Source: a virus (Duplodnaviria; Caudoviricetes). Taken from it: a stretch of DNA of 39,926 nucleotides. The number at the start of each line of letters is the position of its first letter. Within the stretch, counting starts at the first letter, position 1. The DNA is taken from positions 1-39,926 of IMG/VR virus record IMGVR_UViG_3300049917_000278; one strand, 5' to 3'. Below the pieces are notes generated by a model. That model was given only the letters and a program-made list of their open reading frames with translations. It had not been told where the DNA came from and did no database searches. The translations under genes were made by a program, and so were the position numbers. This document shows, in pieces, positions 1 to 8,816 of this stretch.

Positions 1-63
1 AAATACACCCTCGGTGACTTCCGGGACAAAAGCAAATACGCTGGAACGTGTAGCATAAGCCAT
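1..63 (-). CDS. 5' fragment of major tail protein (truncated by window edge)
   Basis: Encodes MAYATRSSVFAFVPEVTEGVF, identical to the start of 36052..37587. Confidence 0.9.
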   Translation of the reverse strand, partial: MAYATRSSVFAFVPEVTEGVF

Positions 64-516
64 TTAGGTATTCTCCTCGTAAGTCACTGAGCAAGTTATA
101 ACGATAACGATATATTGTTTTCCACTTTCTGCGATTAGATATCCTAATCCATTATCCAATATGAACCTTGAACTGACAGCGTTTCCCGCTAAGGTCACAC
201 TTTCTTCAAGGGCTGCGATAACTGCGAATTCATCGTTCATCAGTGAATTCTCAAGCCCTTCACGATAGTTCGCATCCATGTTTGGAGTGTAAAGGTTCGT
301 GAGAACTATCTGAAATTGTCGTGTGACCATGATAGTGCCAATGCACCACTCCCGGGAAGTGTTTTCCCCGGAACTGAATCCAACCGAAAAACCCTTATTT
401 AAAATAATATCGGGATTGTCCGGGGAATCGACCGAATCAGGTAGCTTGACGTACCCTGAGAGCGTAGATGAGATGAGAGTATTCAATGCTGTCCGGATAT
501 CGACTACTTTGCTCAT
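64..516 (-). CDS. Putative tail terminator/tail completion protein, allele A
   Basis: 150 aa, directly upstream of the tail tube gene; size and synteny fit; 2 aa differ from copy B. Confidence 0.6.
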   Translation of the reverse strand: MSKVVDIRTALNTLISSTLSGYVKLPDSVDSPDNPDIILNKGFSVGFSSGENTSREWCIGTIMVTRQFQIVLTNLYTPNMDANYREGLENSLMNDEFAVIAALEESVTLAGNAVSSRFILDNGLGYLIAESGKQYIVIVITCSVTYEENT

Positions 517-1358
517 CGCGTTGCCCTGGAAGTCGTCGCATACAGCACTTCCCCTCTATCTTTCACTGCATTGGCATTCAAATCGACCTGGAAAATCTTC
601 TGGGTCATCGCTGTCTCGAAGTTCTGAGCGGCAAGTTTTATCTCGGCCTCATAGTTCTTGGCACCCAGACCCGAATAAATGATCGAAGCGGTCTTGTGGA
701 CAGCGGGATTCCTTAGAGTTGAGATATCCAGAATCTGGTTATTCGTGAAGATCAGCCCACGCTGGACCATTTCCTTTGAAATATAGGTAGCTGCGAGAAG
801 GTGTTGGTCATCCCAGTCTGTTTTCCCGGTAGCCCAGCCGCTCAAAATAGCGGTCTGCCTTAGGTTAGGGTATTCCTCGAACAGGTCAACATCGGAACTG
901 AATTTCTGGCCGATGTATTTGAGCTCAAACGCAGCCGGATCATCGAAACTGATTCGCATCCAATAGGATTGATAAACTACGGGAGCATTGGCCAGGTCAT
1001 CGACTTCAGTGGTCGATTTTCCGATAATTCCCCAGCCCTTTTCATCGTATTGCGGCGTGAACTGCAGAATGCCTGATTCCCTGAATCCGTCCGTATAATC
1101 CAACTGATCAGCGACTGTATTCCACTCGGTGCGACCCGCGCACAATTCAATGATCGGAACCAGTTGGGCAACAGATACCGTCTGAAAGCTTAGATATTTG
1201 TGATTGAAAGGGAGGAATGAGGCAATATAGAGATAGTCACCAGGATCCATGGTAATGTCGGCAGTCTTGCCGTTGTTCCATTCGTTAACCTTCACCGTGA
1301 TATCGGAGAAGGTGCCTGATTTATAAAGGATGACCCGCTGGTCAAGGTTTGACTGCAT
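513..1358 (-). CDS. Putative head-tail connector/adaptor protein, allele A
   Basis: 281 aa between capsid and tail genes; beta-rich N-terminus and helical C-terminus; called from synteny. Confidence 0.5.
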   Translation of the reverse strand: MQSNLDQRVILYKSGTFSDITVKVNEWNNGKTADITMDPGDYLYIASFLPFNHKYLSFQTVSVAQLVPIIELCAGRTEWNTVADQLDYTDGFRESGILQFTPQYDEKGWGIIGKSTTEVDDLANAPVVYQSYWMRISFDDPAAFELKYIGQKFSSDVDLFEEYPNLRQTAILSGWATGKTDWDDQHLLAATYISKEMVQRGLIFTNNQILDISTLRNPAVHKTASIIYSGLGAKNYEAEIKLAAQNFETAMTQKIFQVDLNANAVKDRGEVLYATTSRATR

Positions 1359-1369
1359 TCATTCCCCAA

Positions 1370-1858
1370 TCATGGCTTAGTGACCATGGTTCCGCGCATA
1401 CACACGGTAAATTGCGTAATAGCACCGCCTGTTAACATATTATCCCGGATAATCACCCGATATAAATCACCCCTTGCACCATTGAAACTGATCGGAGTTT
1501 TAAAACTGATAACTCCGCGCACAACGTTATAGCTTCCAATTAGCTTGGTAAGAACGTCTGCACCCAGAAATTGAATCATATCAAAATTGCTTTTTATGAT
1601 TCCTGTGAGAGACTGCGTTGCTGCACCTAGAATCAAATCAGTGGAAATTCCATTTGTCAGAGCCGGAAAATTCCAGAAATCTGTGACTGAATTTATCGTT
1701 CCGGTTCCAGTCATTTGAAAAATGAGCTCATCGACTGAAAATAACTCATTCGATGCGACTGACATTGTGAAAGGTACCGGCGTTACCGATCCATTAACAG
1801 CGAGATTCACACTACCGGCGTTGCTCAAAAACCTTCTGACAGGGAGTACAGTTGCCAT
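1370..1858 (-). CDS. Putative virion structural protein, hypervariable, allele A
   Basis: 162 aa with motifs NGSVTPVxF, LTNG and IRDN shared with the neighbouring gene. Confidence 0.6.
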   Translation of the reverse strand: MATVLPVRRFLSNAGSVNLAVNGSVTPVPFTMSVASNELFSVDELIFQMTGTGTINSVTDFWNFPALTNGISTDLILGAATQSLTGIIKSNFDMIQFLGADVLTKLIGSYNVVRGVISFKTPISFNGARGDLYRVIIRDNMLTGGAITQFTVCMRGTMVTKP

Positions 1859-1859
1859 C

Positions 1860-2456
1860 TTATATTCCCTCCAATAAAAGCACTGAAGTCCTGTGATAAG
1901 GGAAAATAGTTAGGTTGTCCCTTATTCGAGTGATCAAGCTGGAACCAGCCGGAAAATCCCACATAGGGTCAAGTGTCACCGATCCGATCCAAGTATTCTC
2001 CGTTGGGTTTTCCGTAATCTCAATGCTGTTTATCTGCCCATCGACGTAGTGACCGAATTCGATCAGCCTTTGAAAATTGAAAATCTCCGTCTCAACCGCT
2101 GCAGCACTCTTTCGGATGAACTGAACACCGTTCGTCAGTCCACCCGGAATAGCACCGTAATCCATAAGCGTAATGTCATTGTTTGAAACGATTACAACAT
2201 CTAGTCTCCGAAGCAAGGTCCTGACTGCGAAAGGAACTGAGAAGTCTACCGGTGTTCCAAGTGATCCGCTTACGTTCTGTTCCCTTGATCCAGCGGGCAG
2301 TCCACCCGATCTGAAGTACTTGAATGAGTAGTTTAACCCACTCTCAACCGGGGTTATAGAACTGCCAGTGGGCTGCACTCTTACCGTGGAGCTCGCACTC
2401 GTCGCACCGGGCAGATATTTTGCCCTCTCTAAGTCAGTGATACCGTACTTTGGCAT
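1860..2456 (-). CDS. Putative virion structural protein (paralog of 1370..1858), allele A
   Basis: 198 aa with motifs SGSLGTPVDF, LTNG and IRDNL. Confidence 0.6.
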   Translation of the reverse strand: MPKYGITDLERAKYLPGATSASSTVRVQPTGSSITPVESGLNYSFKYFRSGGLPAGSREQNVSGSLGTPVDFSVPFAVRTLLRRLDVVIVSNNDITLMDYGAIPGGLTNGVQFIRKSAAAVETEIFNFQRLIEFGHYVDGQINSIEITENPTENTWIGSVTLDPMWDFPAGSSLITRIRDNLTIFPYHRTSVLLLEGI

Positions 2457-2459
2457 CGG

Positions 2460-2708
2460 CTACTCTGTTTTGATTGTTTCATCCTGAATAATGGAGGAAT
2501 CCTGTACGGGTTCCGTCTTTTTTGCAAGCTTCGATTTGCTCGAAACGGACACACGAACAACGGAATATGGTCGACCGTTGGGCTTTAGTCCAATATCGAC
2601 AAGCACCGCTGGCACGCGAACTTCAGTAATCATCAGTTCTTTAAGGTGATCGAAGTTCCTCCCTTCGAACATGATGAGATTTCCAAATCCATTGATATCT
2701 TCGATCAT
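2460..2708 (-). CDS. Hypothetical protein downstream of major capsid
   Basis: Likely start MIEDING at 2708, with an AGAGGA RBS downstream of the capsid terminator. Confidence 0.65.
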   Translation of the reverse strand: MIEDINGFGNLIMFEGRNFDHLKELMITEVRVPAVLVDIGLKPNGRPYSVVRVSVSSKSKLAKKTEPVQDSSIIQDETIKTE

Positions 2709-2721
2709 AAATCCTCTAAAG

Positions 2722-2759
2722 AAAATAAGGCGGCTGCCTAACAAAAGACAGGCCGCCTT
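2722..2759 (-). terminator. Rho-independent terminator after major capsid gene
   Basis: AAGGCGGC...GCCGCCTT stem followed by ATTTTC on the - strand. Confidence 0.65.
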
Positions 2760-2787
2760 GAGACTAAGAAGTTAAGGAAACTAGTGG

Positions 2788-3654
2788 TTATGCACCAGTC
2801 TGGACTTTAATATGTTTCGCGGCACCTTGAATTCCAATGACAGCACCACAAACCATGTCACAGGACATCACGTAGGCAAACTCATGAGAGCTATGCTTGT
2901 CGGAAATCTTGAAGCGTGGCTCAAGCTGAGTTGCCAGATACAGGAAATCCGGGTGGAAGAAAAGGCCACCAGCTGTCGCACCAGCGGTTTGAGTGTTGTC
3001 CTCATAGATATTGAAATTGTATCGCTTCATAGCGGGCTGGCCATTGATAACAACGGTCTCCCCACCGATGAAGTCAGCCGATGTGAAGGTCGTATCGACC
3101 AGCAAATCACCGTAGTATTGCGGCGCGAGCAGACCGTACCAAGGCTTGGAGTAAGGCCATTTGGCAATAGCGGCTGTTTCGCGTGCAGTCTGCACAGTCG
3201 CGGCTGTCATGGTTGTAATCGATGGGATTGTGACGGTAGGTGCCACAAGCGAATAGAGATAGGAGTTCAGCTGATTGCTGATAGCGGAAACCATGGCCGC
3301 ACGCATATCAACTGCACTCGAGCCCATGGGATCGATCAGAGATTGCAAGGAAACCAGGTCCTCAATGTCATAGCTTGCGACAAGGCGCTGATTTGCAGTG
3401 ATCGAAACGGTCGAGAGAGACAGGGCTTCCGGTGTGAAAGTACGGCCAGTCGCACCAGAGATAACCAAACGCTGCCCGGTTGGTGCATTGATTTGGTTGA
3501 CCTTGACAGTATCACCGCCTTGTTTCATTTCGCCCGAGTATTCCCGGTTGACCAGATTGAAAAGGAGGTTTGTCTGACGCAATTGATCCATGAAAAGCTT
3601 GGACCAATAAGTCTGGATGGCACTCGTTACTTCACTAATGTTGGTATCTGTCAT
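2788..3654 (-). CDS. Major capsid protein (HK97 fold, P22-coat/N4-gp56-like)
   Basis: 288 aa with W..F...L.......LV.R.Y.GE....GDTVKV motif; follows the scaffold gene and precedes a terminator. Confidence 0.85.
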   Translation of the reverse strand: MTDTNISEVTSAIQTYWSKLFMDQLRQTNLLFNLVNREYSGEMKQGGDTVKVNQINAPTGQRLVISGATGRTFTPEALSLSTVSITANQRLVASYDIEDLVSLQSLIDPMGSSAVDMRAAMVSAISNQLNSYLYSLVAPTVTIPSITTMTAATVQTARETAAIAKWPYSKPWYGLLAPQYYGDLLVDTTFTSADFIGGETVVINGQPAMKRYNFNIYEDNTQTAGATAGGLFFHPDFLYLATQLEPRFKISDKHSSHEFAYVMSCDMVCGAVIGIQGAAKHIKVQTGA

Positions 3655-3708
3655 CTTCTCTCATCCTTCCTTGTTCGAGAAAAAAATGAGAGAAAATTCC
3701 CTCATTCT

Positions 3709-4320
3709 CTATTTCGGTTTCATGACCTTGCCAGCCCTGAGCGCGTCTTCCTTCTCTTTCAAAGTTGGAAGCTTACCCCATTGTTCGACACTCATGGTTT
3801 GAGCACCGGAACCGGTTTTATCGCTGGGCAAAAATGCTTTGGCAGGTGCAACAAGTCTGGGATGTTGTTTCTGGAAGTCCTGTACCACGGTCGCTACCGA
3901 GGTTAGGTCGATCGAGCCATCGTCGCCAATATTTATTTGGTCCAACGGCACCAATCCGAGATACTGTCCTTCAAGTGAAACACCCTTTTCCTGTAGCAAG
4001 CCAAGCACAGAGTTAAGTTTTCGTGAATCCGTACGGTCCTGAAGCAGGGACTTGGTTTTTGATTCAAGCTCCAGCTTCTCTCGCTTGAGATTCTCGATAA
4101 CTTCTAAATGCTTTTTTTCTTCCAGCAACTTATGTTCGGCTTCAACACTCTTTTGAGCATTGATAACGTCAAGCTGTTCCTGGAGTTCACGGGCTTTTTG
4201 TTTGGCGTTCTTTTCAGCGGACAAAGTCTTCTGATAAGTTTCCAAACTTACGGACTTTCCGTCGCCGCCACTGGCTGGATCGACTGTGTTCCCACTGGGA
4301 TCACTTGGAGGTACTGTCAT
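3709..4320 (-). CDS. Capsid scaffolding protein
   Basis: 203 aa with a disordered N-terminus, a long coiled coil and a 'HPRL' C-terminal domain; directly upstream of the capsid gene. Confidence 0.75.
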   Translation of the reverse strand: MTVPPSDPSGNTVDPASGGDGKSVSLETYQKTLSAEKNAKQKARELQEQLDVINAQKSVEAEHKLLEEKKHLEVIENLKREKLELESKTKSLLQDRTDSRKLNSVLGLLQEKGVSLEGQYLGLVPLDQINIGDDGSIDLTSVATVVQDFQKQHPRLVAPAKAFLPSDKTGSGAQTMSVEQWGKLPTLKEKEDALRAGKVMKPK

Positions 4321-4359
4321 AATAACTTCCTTGATTTTAAAAAGTCAACCTGTGAGAAT

Positions 4360-4809
4360 TTACGTCCTCTTAAGTGAGGACTTAACGTATGCCGCCGCGT
4401 CCTTGATTTCCTTCCCGGAAAGGAACATAAAAGGACGACCAGCATCCTGGACCCAGCCAGCCTTATCGGTTTCATGCTGATTTCTGAAACCTATAAAGAG
4501 TTGAGTTCGGGTAGCACTCTTGATTTGCAAGGCATCCAGCATCTTTCCTGTCTGAGTTAAGTTGCTGGCTTTGCCTTTTGCCGCTTCCGGGTGCCTTGGC
4601 TGCTTCAACCGCCACTTCGCATATTTGTCTGAGACTTTCTTAAGCTTCTGTTCTGATCCACCGGGTGTCGCCACACCCTTCCCTTGTCCCCTGGTTCTTC
4701 TCCGAATTGCTGCAATGACATAAATCCCGAGACGCTGCATAGCTGCCTTGGAATTTATGTTCATCAGGATTTTTCCAAAGGCGGTTTGAACGTCAATGCT
4801 TGCTGTCAT
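4360..4809 (-). CDS. Phage virion morphogenesis/neck-like protein
   Basis: Basic 149 aa protein with Y..W....NLT.TG.ML and RPFM motifs typical of Mu gpG/P2 gpS-like morphogenesis proteins. Confidence 0.65.
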   Translation of the reverse strand: MTASIDVQTAFGKILMNINSKAAMQRLGIYVIAAIRRRTRGQGKGVATPGGSEQKLKKVSDKYAKWRLKQPRHPEAAKGKASNLTQTGKMLDALQIKSATRTQLFIGFRNQHETDKAGWVQDAGRPFMFLSGKEIKDAAAYVKSSLKRT

Positions 4810-5065
4810 AGTCGGCTTCCAGGTATTCCAAAGCGTCCTGTTTTCTCAGGAGCCAGGTCTGAAGCAGGAATTCATTTCCCCCCTCTGATTCCTTTTTCTC
4901 CATCATGATTTCCCAGAATGAGATAGCCTTCATCTTTGTTTCCTCACTCACGGTTCCTTCGATGAGAACCAGATCCTCATTGGGATAAAGCTTTCTGAAG
5001 TGCGCAATCTTAGCGTCACGGTCTGCCGTGAACTTATCAATAGCCCTTTGTGTTTCCTCAATCAT
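4793..5065 (-). CDS. Hypothetical acidic protein
   Basis: 90 aa, overlaps both neighbouring genes. Confidence 0.6.
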   Translation of the reverse strand: MIEETQRAIDKFTADRDAKIAHFRKLYPNEDLVLIEGTVSEETKMKAISFWEIMMEKKESEGGNEFLLQTWLLRKQDALEYLEADYDSKH

Positions 5066-5504
5066 CGTCCCTTACCTCCTCAACTATGCGTTTCAAATCT
5101 TTTGCCAGGATATCTAAAAAAGGCCTCGCCTTCCCCGGTATGGGTTCCGGCTGGCCGTACGTGCCCTTGATATTGCCTTCAGCCTTTCTCTCAATAGACG
5201 TGCCCTTCTTATAGCCAACCGTAATCTGGCCTGTCGGGGAAAGTGTGGGGAAGTATTGCATCTCATCAAGCATGTCGTGGCTGAGCGCAAGGTCAACCGG
5301 TCCACCAGGGGATACACCTTTTTTCTTTGCGTATTCTTCAGTGTATTGTCCAGCCTTTCCTGCCCAATCGTTTCCCCGAACGTTGTAGCCTTTCTTGGAT
5401 CTGTCCCTGATGAATTCCATGACTCTCTCTGCAAGATCAGCACGCTGGGATGCATCGAAGTCAGAGGGAATGCTAAGCACTAATTTCGTTTCCTTGTTCG
5501 CCAT
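5058..5504 (-). CDS. Phage virion morphogenesis/neck-like protein (second paralog)
   Basis: 148 aa with Y...YAKKK....VDL.LS.DML and RPFL motifs. Confidence 0.6.
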   Translation of the reverse strand: MANKETKLVLSIPSDFDASQRADLAERVMEFIRDRSKKGYNVRGNDWAGKAGQYTEEYAKKKGVSPGGPVDLALSHDMLDEMQYFPTLSPTGQITVGYKKGTSIERKAEGNIKGTYGQPEPIPGKARPFLDILAKDLKRIVEEVRDDD

Positions 5505-6906
5505 CTACGGAAACTCCTATAACTGGCCTTTCCTCTGCTATCTCATCGATCAATTCTTCGACTTCCGATTCCCTCAAGCCTGAGTTGAGGATACCGATTG
5601 CCCGCTTCTTGGAAATGAATCCAGCCATCATCTCAGCTTCCAGATCTTTCACAAGATCGCCTCTGGTCTGAAGCGGAACAGGCTGAGTGAACCGGGTCAC
5701 CACTCTGGCCTTGGCTGAGAACAACTGAGTGTTATCAATGATTCCAGCCGCTACCCATTTTGGGTGCATGTCTTTCAGAAGCTTTTCCCAAAAGATTTCT
5801 TCCACGTCCTCATAAATGATGATCTGCTTTTTGATCGATTCGAAGGTGTCCGATTCATCAATCATCTTGCTGATACCAGAGGCAAGCTTGTCGGCGCCTA
5901 TTTCCCCAATCTGGCCAGGACGGATTCCCTTGGATGATAGCCATAGAGACATTTGGCTGGATGCAAGCGACAAGGTTTCAGAAATATCCACAGTGGGCTT
6001 GATCACGTCAAAGCTTGGCTTTTCCCCGCCGGGCTTGGTCTTGAAAAGCAAAATGGAGTTGGGGGAAAGTTCTGTTTTCTGGTCCTCTATGTCGATACCG
6101 ACAAACACCGAGAAGGCCTGAAACTTCACCGCGTAATTCAAATCGGTAAGAAGCAAAGGAATGAGAAGTGCCATGTCCTTATTATCGGTCTGAATGGAAG
6201 GCATCGCACAGTCCTGGGATGCATTCGCATAGGCGAAAGGAGTGACTCCGTATGGATTATCACCTTCCATTTCATTCTGAGACATCAGGTCATCCAGGAT
6301 ATCCCCGCCGCCATTGATGATGACAAATTGCTGATCGGTGTATGCATAATAGATATATTCGTCCTTGCCATCAGCGGTCTTTCGCTTGCCTTGGCAGGTT
6401 ATAATCACATCGGGTTCGGTTGGATCCGTTCGGGATGCATTCATGATAAGGAATTGGTGATTGGGAATGCTGCGAATAAAAGGTTTTCTGGTTCTTTCCC
6501 CTGGCTTCGGATCGGTCAAACCAATATGGAGTAAGCCATAGAGATAGGCATTATAGTTTTCATTGTTCTTTCCCATCTTTCGGTTGAGGCATAGCTGGTC
6601 CTCATACCACTGCACAAGCTTAAGATCATTCTCAGTTCCATTCTCGACTGTTCGAATGACAGGGTTGTCATAGATCTTGGTTTGCTTATCGACTATTTTC
6701 CTGAAAACATTGATGGGTGCTGTCCGCGTGCTGGCAGACTTCGATGACTTAGGACCCAAGTCCTCGAGCATCCTCTGATTCAAAAGGGTTTTGACGTTCC
6801 CTTCCATGATCATGAAAATATCAGCATTGTATTCCAGCCTGTCCGATTCGGACTTGATAAATTCCGCTATATCCTTGCGCGCCGTCTCATCGAAAAGATT
6901 GATCAT
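5473..6906 (-). CDS. Portal protein (SPP1 gp6-like)
   Basis: 477 aa immediately after terL; contains IN.FR.IVD, NPYG..PF and SG.SK motifs. Confidence 0.85.
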   Translation of the reverse strand: MINLFDETARKDIAEFIKSESDRLEYNADIFMIMEGNVKTLLNQRMLEDLGPKSSKSASTRTAPINVFRKIVDKQTKIYDNPVIRTVENGTENDLKLVQWYEDQLCLNRKMGKNNENYNAYLYGLLHIGLTDPKPGERTRKPFIRSIPNHQFLIMNASRTDPTEPDVIITCQGKRKTADGKDEYIYYAYTDQQFVIINGGGDILDDLMSQNEMEGDNPYGVTPFAYANASQDCAMPSIQTDNKDMALLIPLLLTDLNYAVKFQAFSVFVGIDIEDQKTELSPNSILLFKTKPGGEKPSFDVIKPTVDISETLSLASSQMSLWLSSKGIRPGQIGEIGADKLASGISKMIDESDTFESIKKQIIIYEDVEEIFWEKLLKDMHPKWVAAGIIDNTQLFSAKARVVTRFTQPVPLQTRGDLVKDLEAEMMAGFISKKRAIGILNSGLRESEVEELIDEIAEERPVIGVSVDGEQGNEISA

Positions 6907-8285
6907 AGATGAATCACCCTGGTTTTAGAGTTTTCGTTATCCTTGCAGAAGCAGACGGCATAACCAAGCGCTGTCGTAATATGTTGATAGCGCTTACTGT
7001 CATCCTCCATGGCAGTGCCTGGCTTTTTCTTGGCCAGTTTCATGCCCTGGTTGAGAACCGGACAGCTTTTATATACAAATAGGCGTACTTCTTTTTTGGC
7101 ATTTTGGCATAAAGCGTTGACCGTTGTCCAGCGCTTGACCAGTGGCGGGTTTATTTTCGGAACCTCGACTTCCAGAATCAGGCCTCTGCGCGCGAACCAG
7201 TTCTGAATTAGCTCATAGTTCGAATGGAGCGCGTTGGAGCTCCTAGCCCTGCCTGTGGCGTCACCATAGAGAATGTATTTATGCCAGCGGTGTGAGCCGT
7301 CCTTGTCGGTCCACTCGAAAAGACCGTTGGCCTCGAAATCATCCAAGTTGTCGATACACCAATTAGCTTTGTCGATGACCGATTCCCCAAAGAAGTGGAA
7401 ATTCCCATCCCTGGTCATTTGGAATAGCGCGGCTGACTGGGGTTTTCCGTCTGCAGTATTGAAATCGAAGGTGATCCGAAGGGGAAGTTTTGGATCCGGC
7501 TTATATTCAGCCCTTAGATTGGTTTCCTCTGAATATGCATGGTAGATACCCAGCCCTGAAATGCTTATCCAGCGTCCTCTAAGGTATCGCTCAGCCTCAA
7601 GGACGGAGTAATCCTGCAATAGCTGGTCGATATAGATCGGATCCAAATATTTATTCTCGGTCGTGACCGAATAGAAAACAAAGCGCGATGGGAACTTCTC
7701 CGCGCCTTCAATGAAATACTTATAACAGAAGGTATCAGGCTCATCCGGGTTGGTCGCGCAGATCAGAATATTCTGGGATACGGTTGGAATGCGTCTCAAG
7801 CGTGCCTTCAGGATTTTAAAGCCAGGCTCAAACTCATCATCGTTTTCAGTGAATTCCTCGATAATGATCATCGATAGCTTGAGCGATCGGAACTTAGCCC
7901 ATCGGCCGTCTCCCCAAGTCACTGCCTGGATGCATGACCCATTGCTGAAGCGGATCTCAGCGGTCTGCATCAGGACTTTGTAATGGATACCTTCTTCGAG
8001 GGATTCCTCGAGGTGCTCGAGGATTTCCCGGAACAGGGTTTTCTTCAGGTCACCCAGGGACCTCCGACCGATCGCACAATAAGCGCCGGGATATTCGATG
8101 CAATGCTTGATCGCAACATGGGCTAGCAGAATACTTTTGGCACTACCGACACTTCCGGACAGGAGTATCTCGGGAGTGAATAGCGCGTAATTGTGGGTAT
8201 TGATAAGTCTCAGAACATCCCGCTGATAGCCGAATGGGATGAATCCAGAGAAGTTGGGTTTTGAAACTAAGGCTGGATCACCCAT
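6903..8285 (-). CDS. terL: Terminase large subunit
   Basis: Q motif (FGYQ), Walker A GSVGSAKS, Walker B IIIEE, coupling motif ATNP, and nuclease motifs TFDFN and YGDATG. Confidence 0.95.
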   Translation of the reverse strand: MGDPALVSKPNFSGFIPFGYQRDVLRLINTHNYALFTPEILLSGSVGSAKSILLAHVAIKHCIEYPGAYCAIGRRSLGDLKKTLFREILEHLEESLEEGIHYKVLMQTAEIRFSNGSCIQAVTWGDGRWAKFRSLKLSMIIIEEFTENDDEFEPGFKILKARLRRIPTVSQNILICATNPDEPDTFCYKYFIEGAEKFPSRFVFYSVTTENKYLDPIYIDQLLQDYSVLEAERYLRGRWISISGLGIYHAYSEETNLRAEYKPDPKLPLRITFDFNTADGKPQSAALFQMTRDGNFHFFGESVIDKANWCIDNLDDFEANGLFEWTDKDGSHRWHKYILYGDATGRARSSNALHSNYELIQNWFARRGLILEVEVPKINPPLVKRWTTVNALCQNAKKEVRLFVYKSCPVLNQGMKLAKKKPGTAMEDDSKRYQHITTALGYAVCFCKDNENSKTRVIHL

Positions 8286-8523
8286 TCATCAAGTCCACTA
8301 TTATTCGAATCAAAGCAAAAACACCGACAAGTGCCATGATCCAAGTTGGGAGAGGGTATTTTTCATACCAAGGAGCAATAATGAAACAGTCATCACAAAA
8401 TCTATCTCTCTGGGAATCGGTTGTAACGCAACACTTGCAGCAACTATTTGGGCAAAACTCTTCTGTTCCGTCTTTTAAACGGCAGAACCATTGGCCATCC
8501 TTCACGAATATTTTCTTATTCAT
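8278..8523 (-). CDS. Cys-rich protein with C-terminal transmembrane helix
   Basis: CPNSCCKCC and CDDC motifs followed by WIMALVGVFALIRII. Confidence 0.6.
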   Translation of the reverse strand: MNKKIFVKDGQWFCRLKDGTEEFCPNSCCKCCVTTDSQRDRFCDDCFIIAPWYEKYPLPTWIMALVGVFALIRIIVDLMNG

Positions 8524-8816
8524 TGAGCGGTTCGCCTCTTATAATGCCGGCTGTTATAGGCACTTGAGCACCGATGGCCGCAAAATATTCCCCCGCCGCG
8601 TTTCAGGATGCATTGCTGGACTAAAAACTCCACGCTGCATTCCTTGCAAACCACCGTGGCTGAAGTCATTGGCCTTGTGATCTTGCCTATATTGCGCCTA
8701 TTGCTGCATGCCCTACTGCAATAGATGCCTATGGAACTGGCCTTTGGTTCGAACTCTATTTCGCAGAATTGGCATTTATTCATTGGCAAAACCATCTGCA
8801 GTTCTTGCTTCTGCAA
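8520..8816 (-). CDS. Zinc-finger protein (CxxC...CSxxC repeats, HNH-associated type, no nuclease domain); start may be 8783
   Basis: CQFC..YCSRAC and CKEC..FCGHRC repeats. Confidence 0.65.
   Translation of the reverse strand: MQKQELQMVLPMNKCQFCEIEFEPKASSIGIYCSRACSNRRNIGKITRPMTSATVVCKECSVEFLVQQCILKRGGGIFCGHRCSSAYNSRHYKRRTAQ

Larger units (their letters stand above)
1..2401. repeat. Imperfect terminal direct repeat, copy A
   Basis: Matches 37525-39926 (offset 37524, then 37525 after a 1-nt indel near 1860). The first 98 nt and last ~109 nt are identical; the interior is diverged. Confidence 0.97.

Noticed and set aside
1-2401. Diversity-generating retroelement (TR/VR pair) as the explanation of the diverged repeat
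   Set aside because: No reverse transcriptase; the repeat is far too long; differences involve all bases and are largely synonymous or conservative rather than adenine-specific.
2812-3906. 364-aa + strand ORF
   Set aside because: Antisense shadow of the capsid and scaffold genes; no recognisable motifs.
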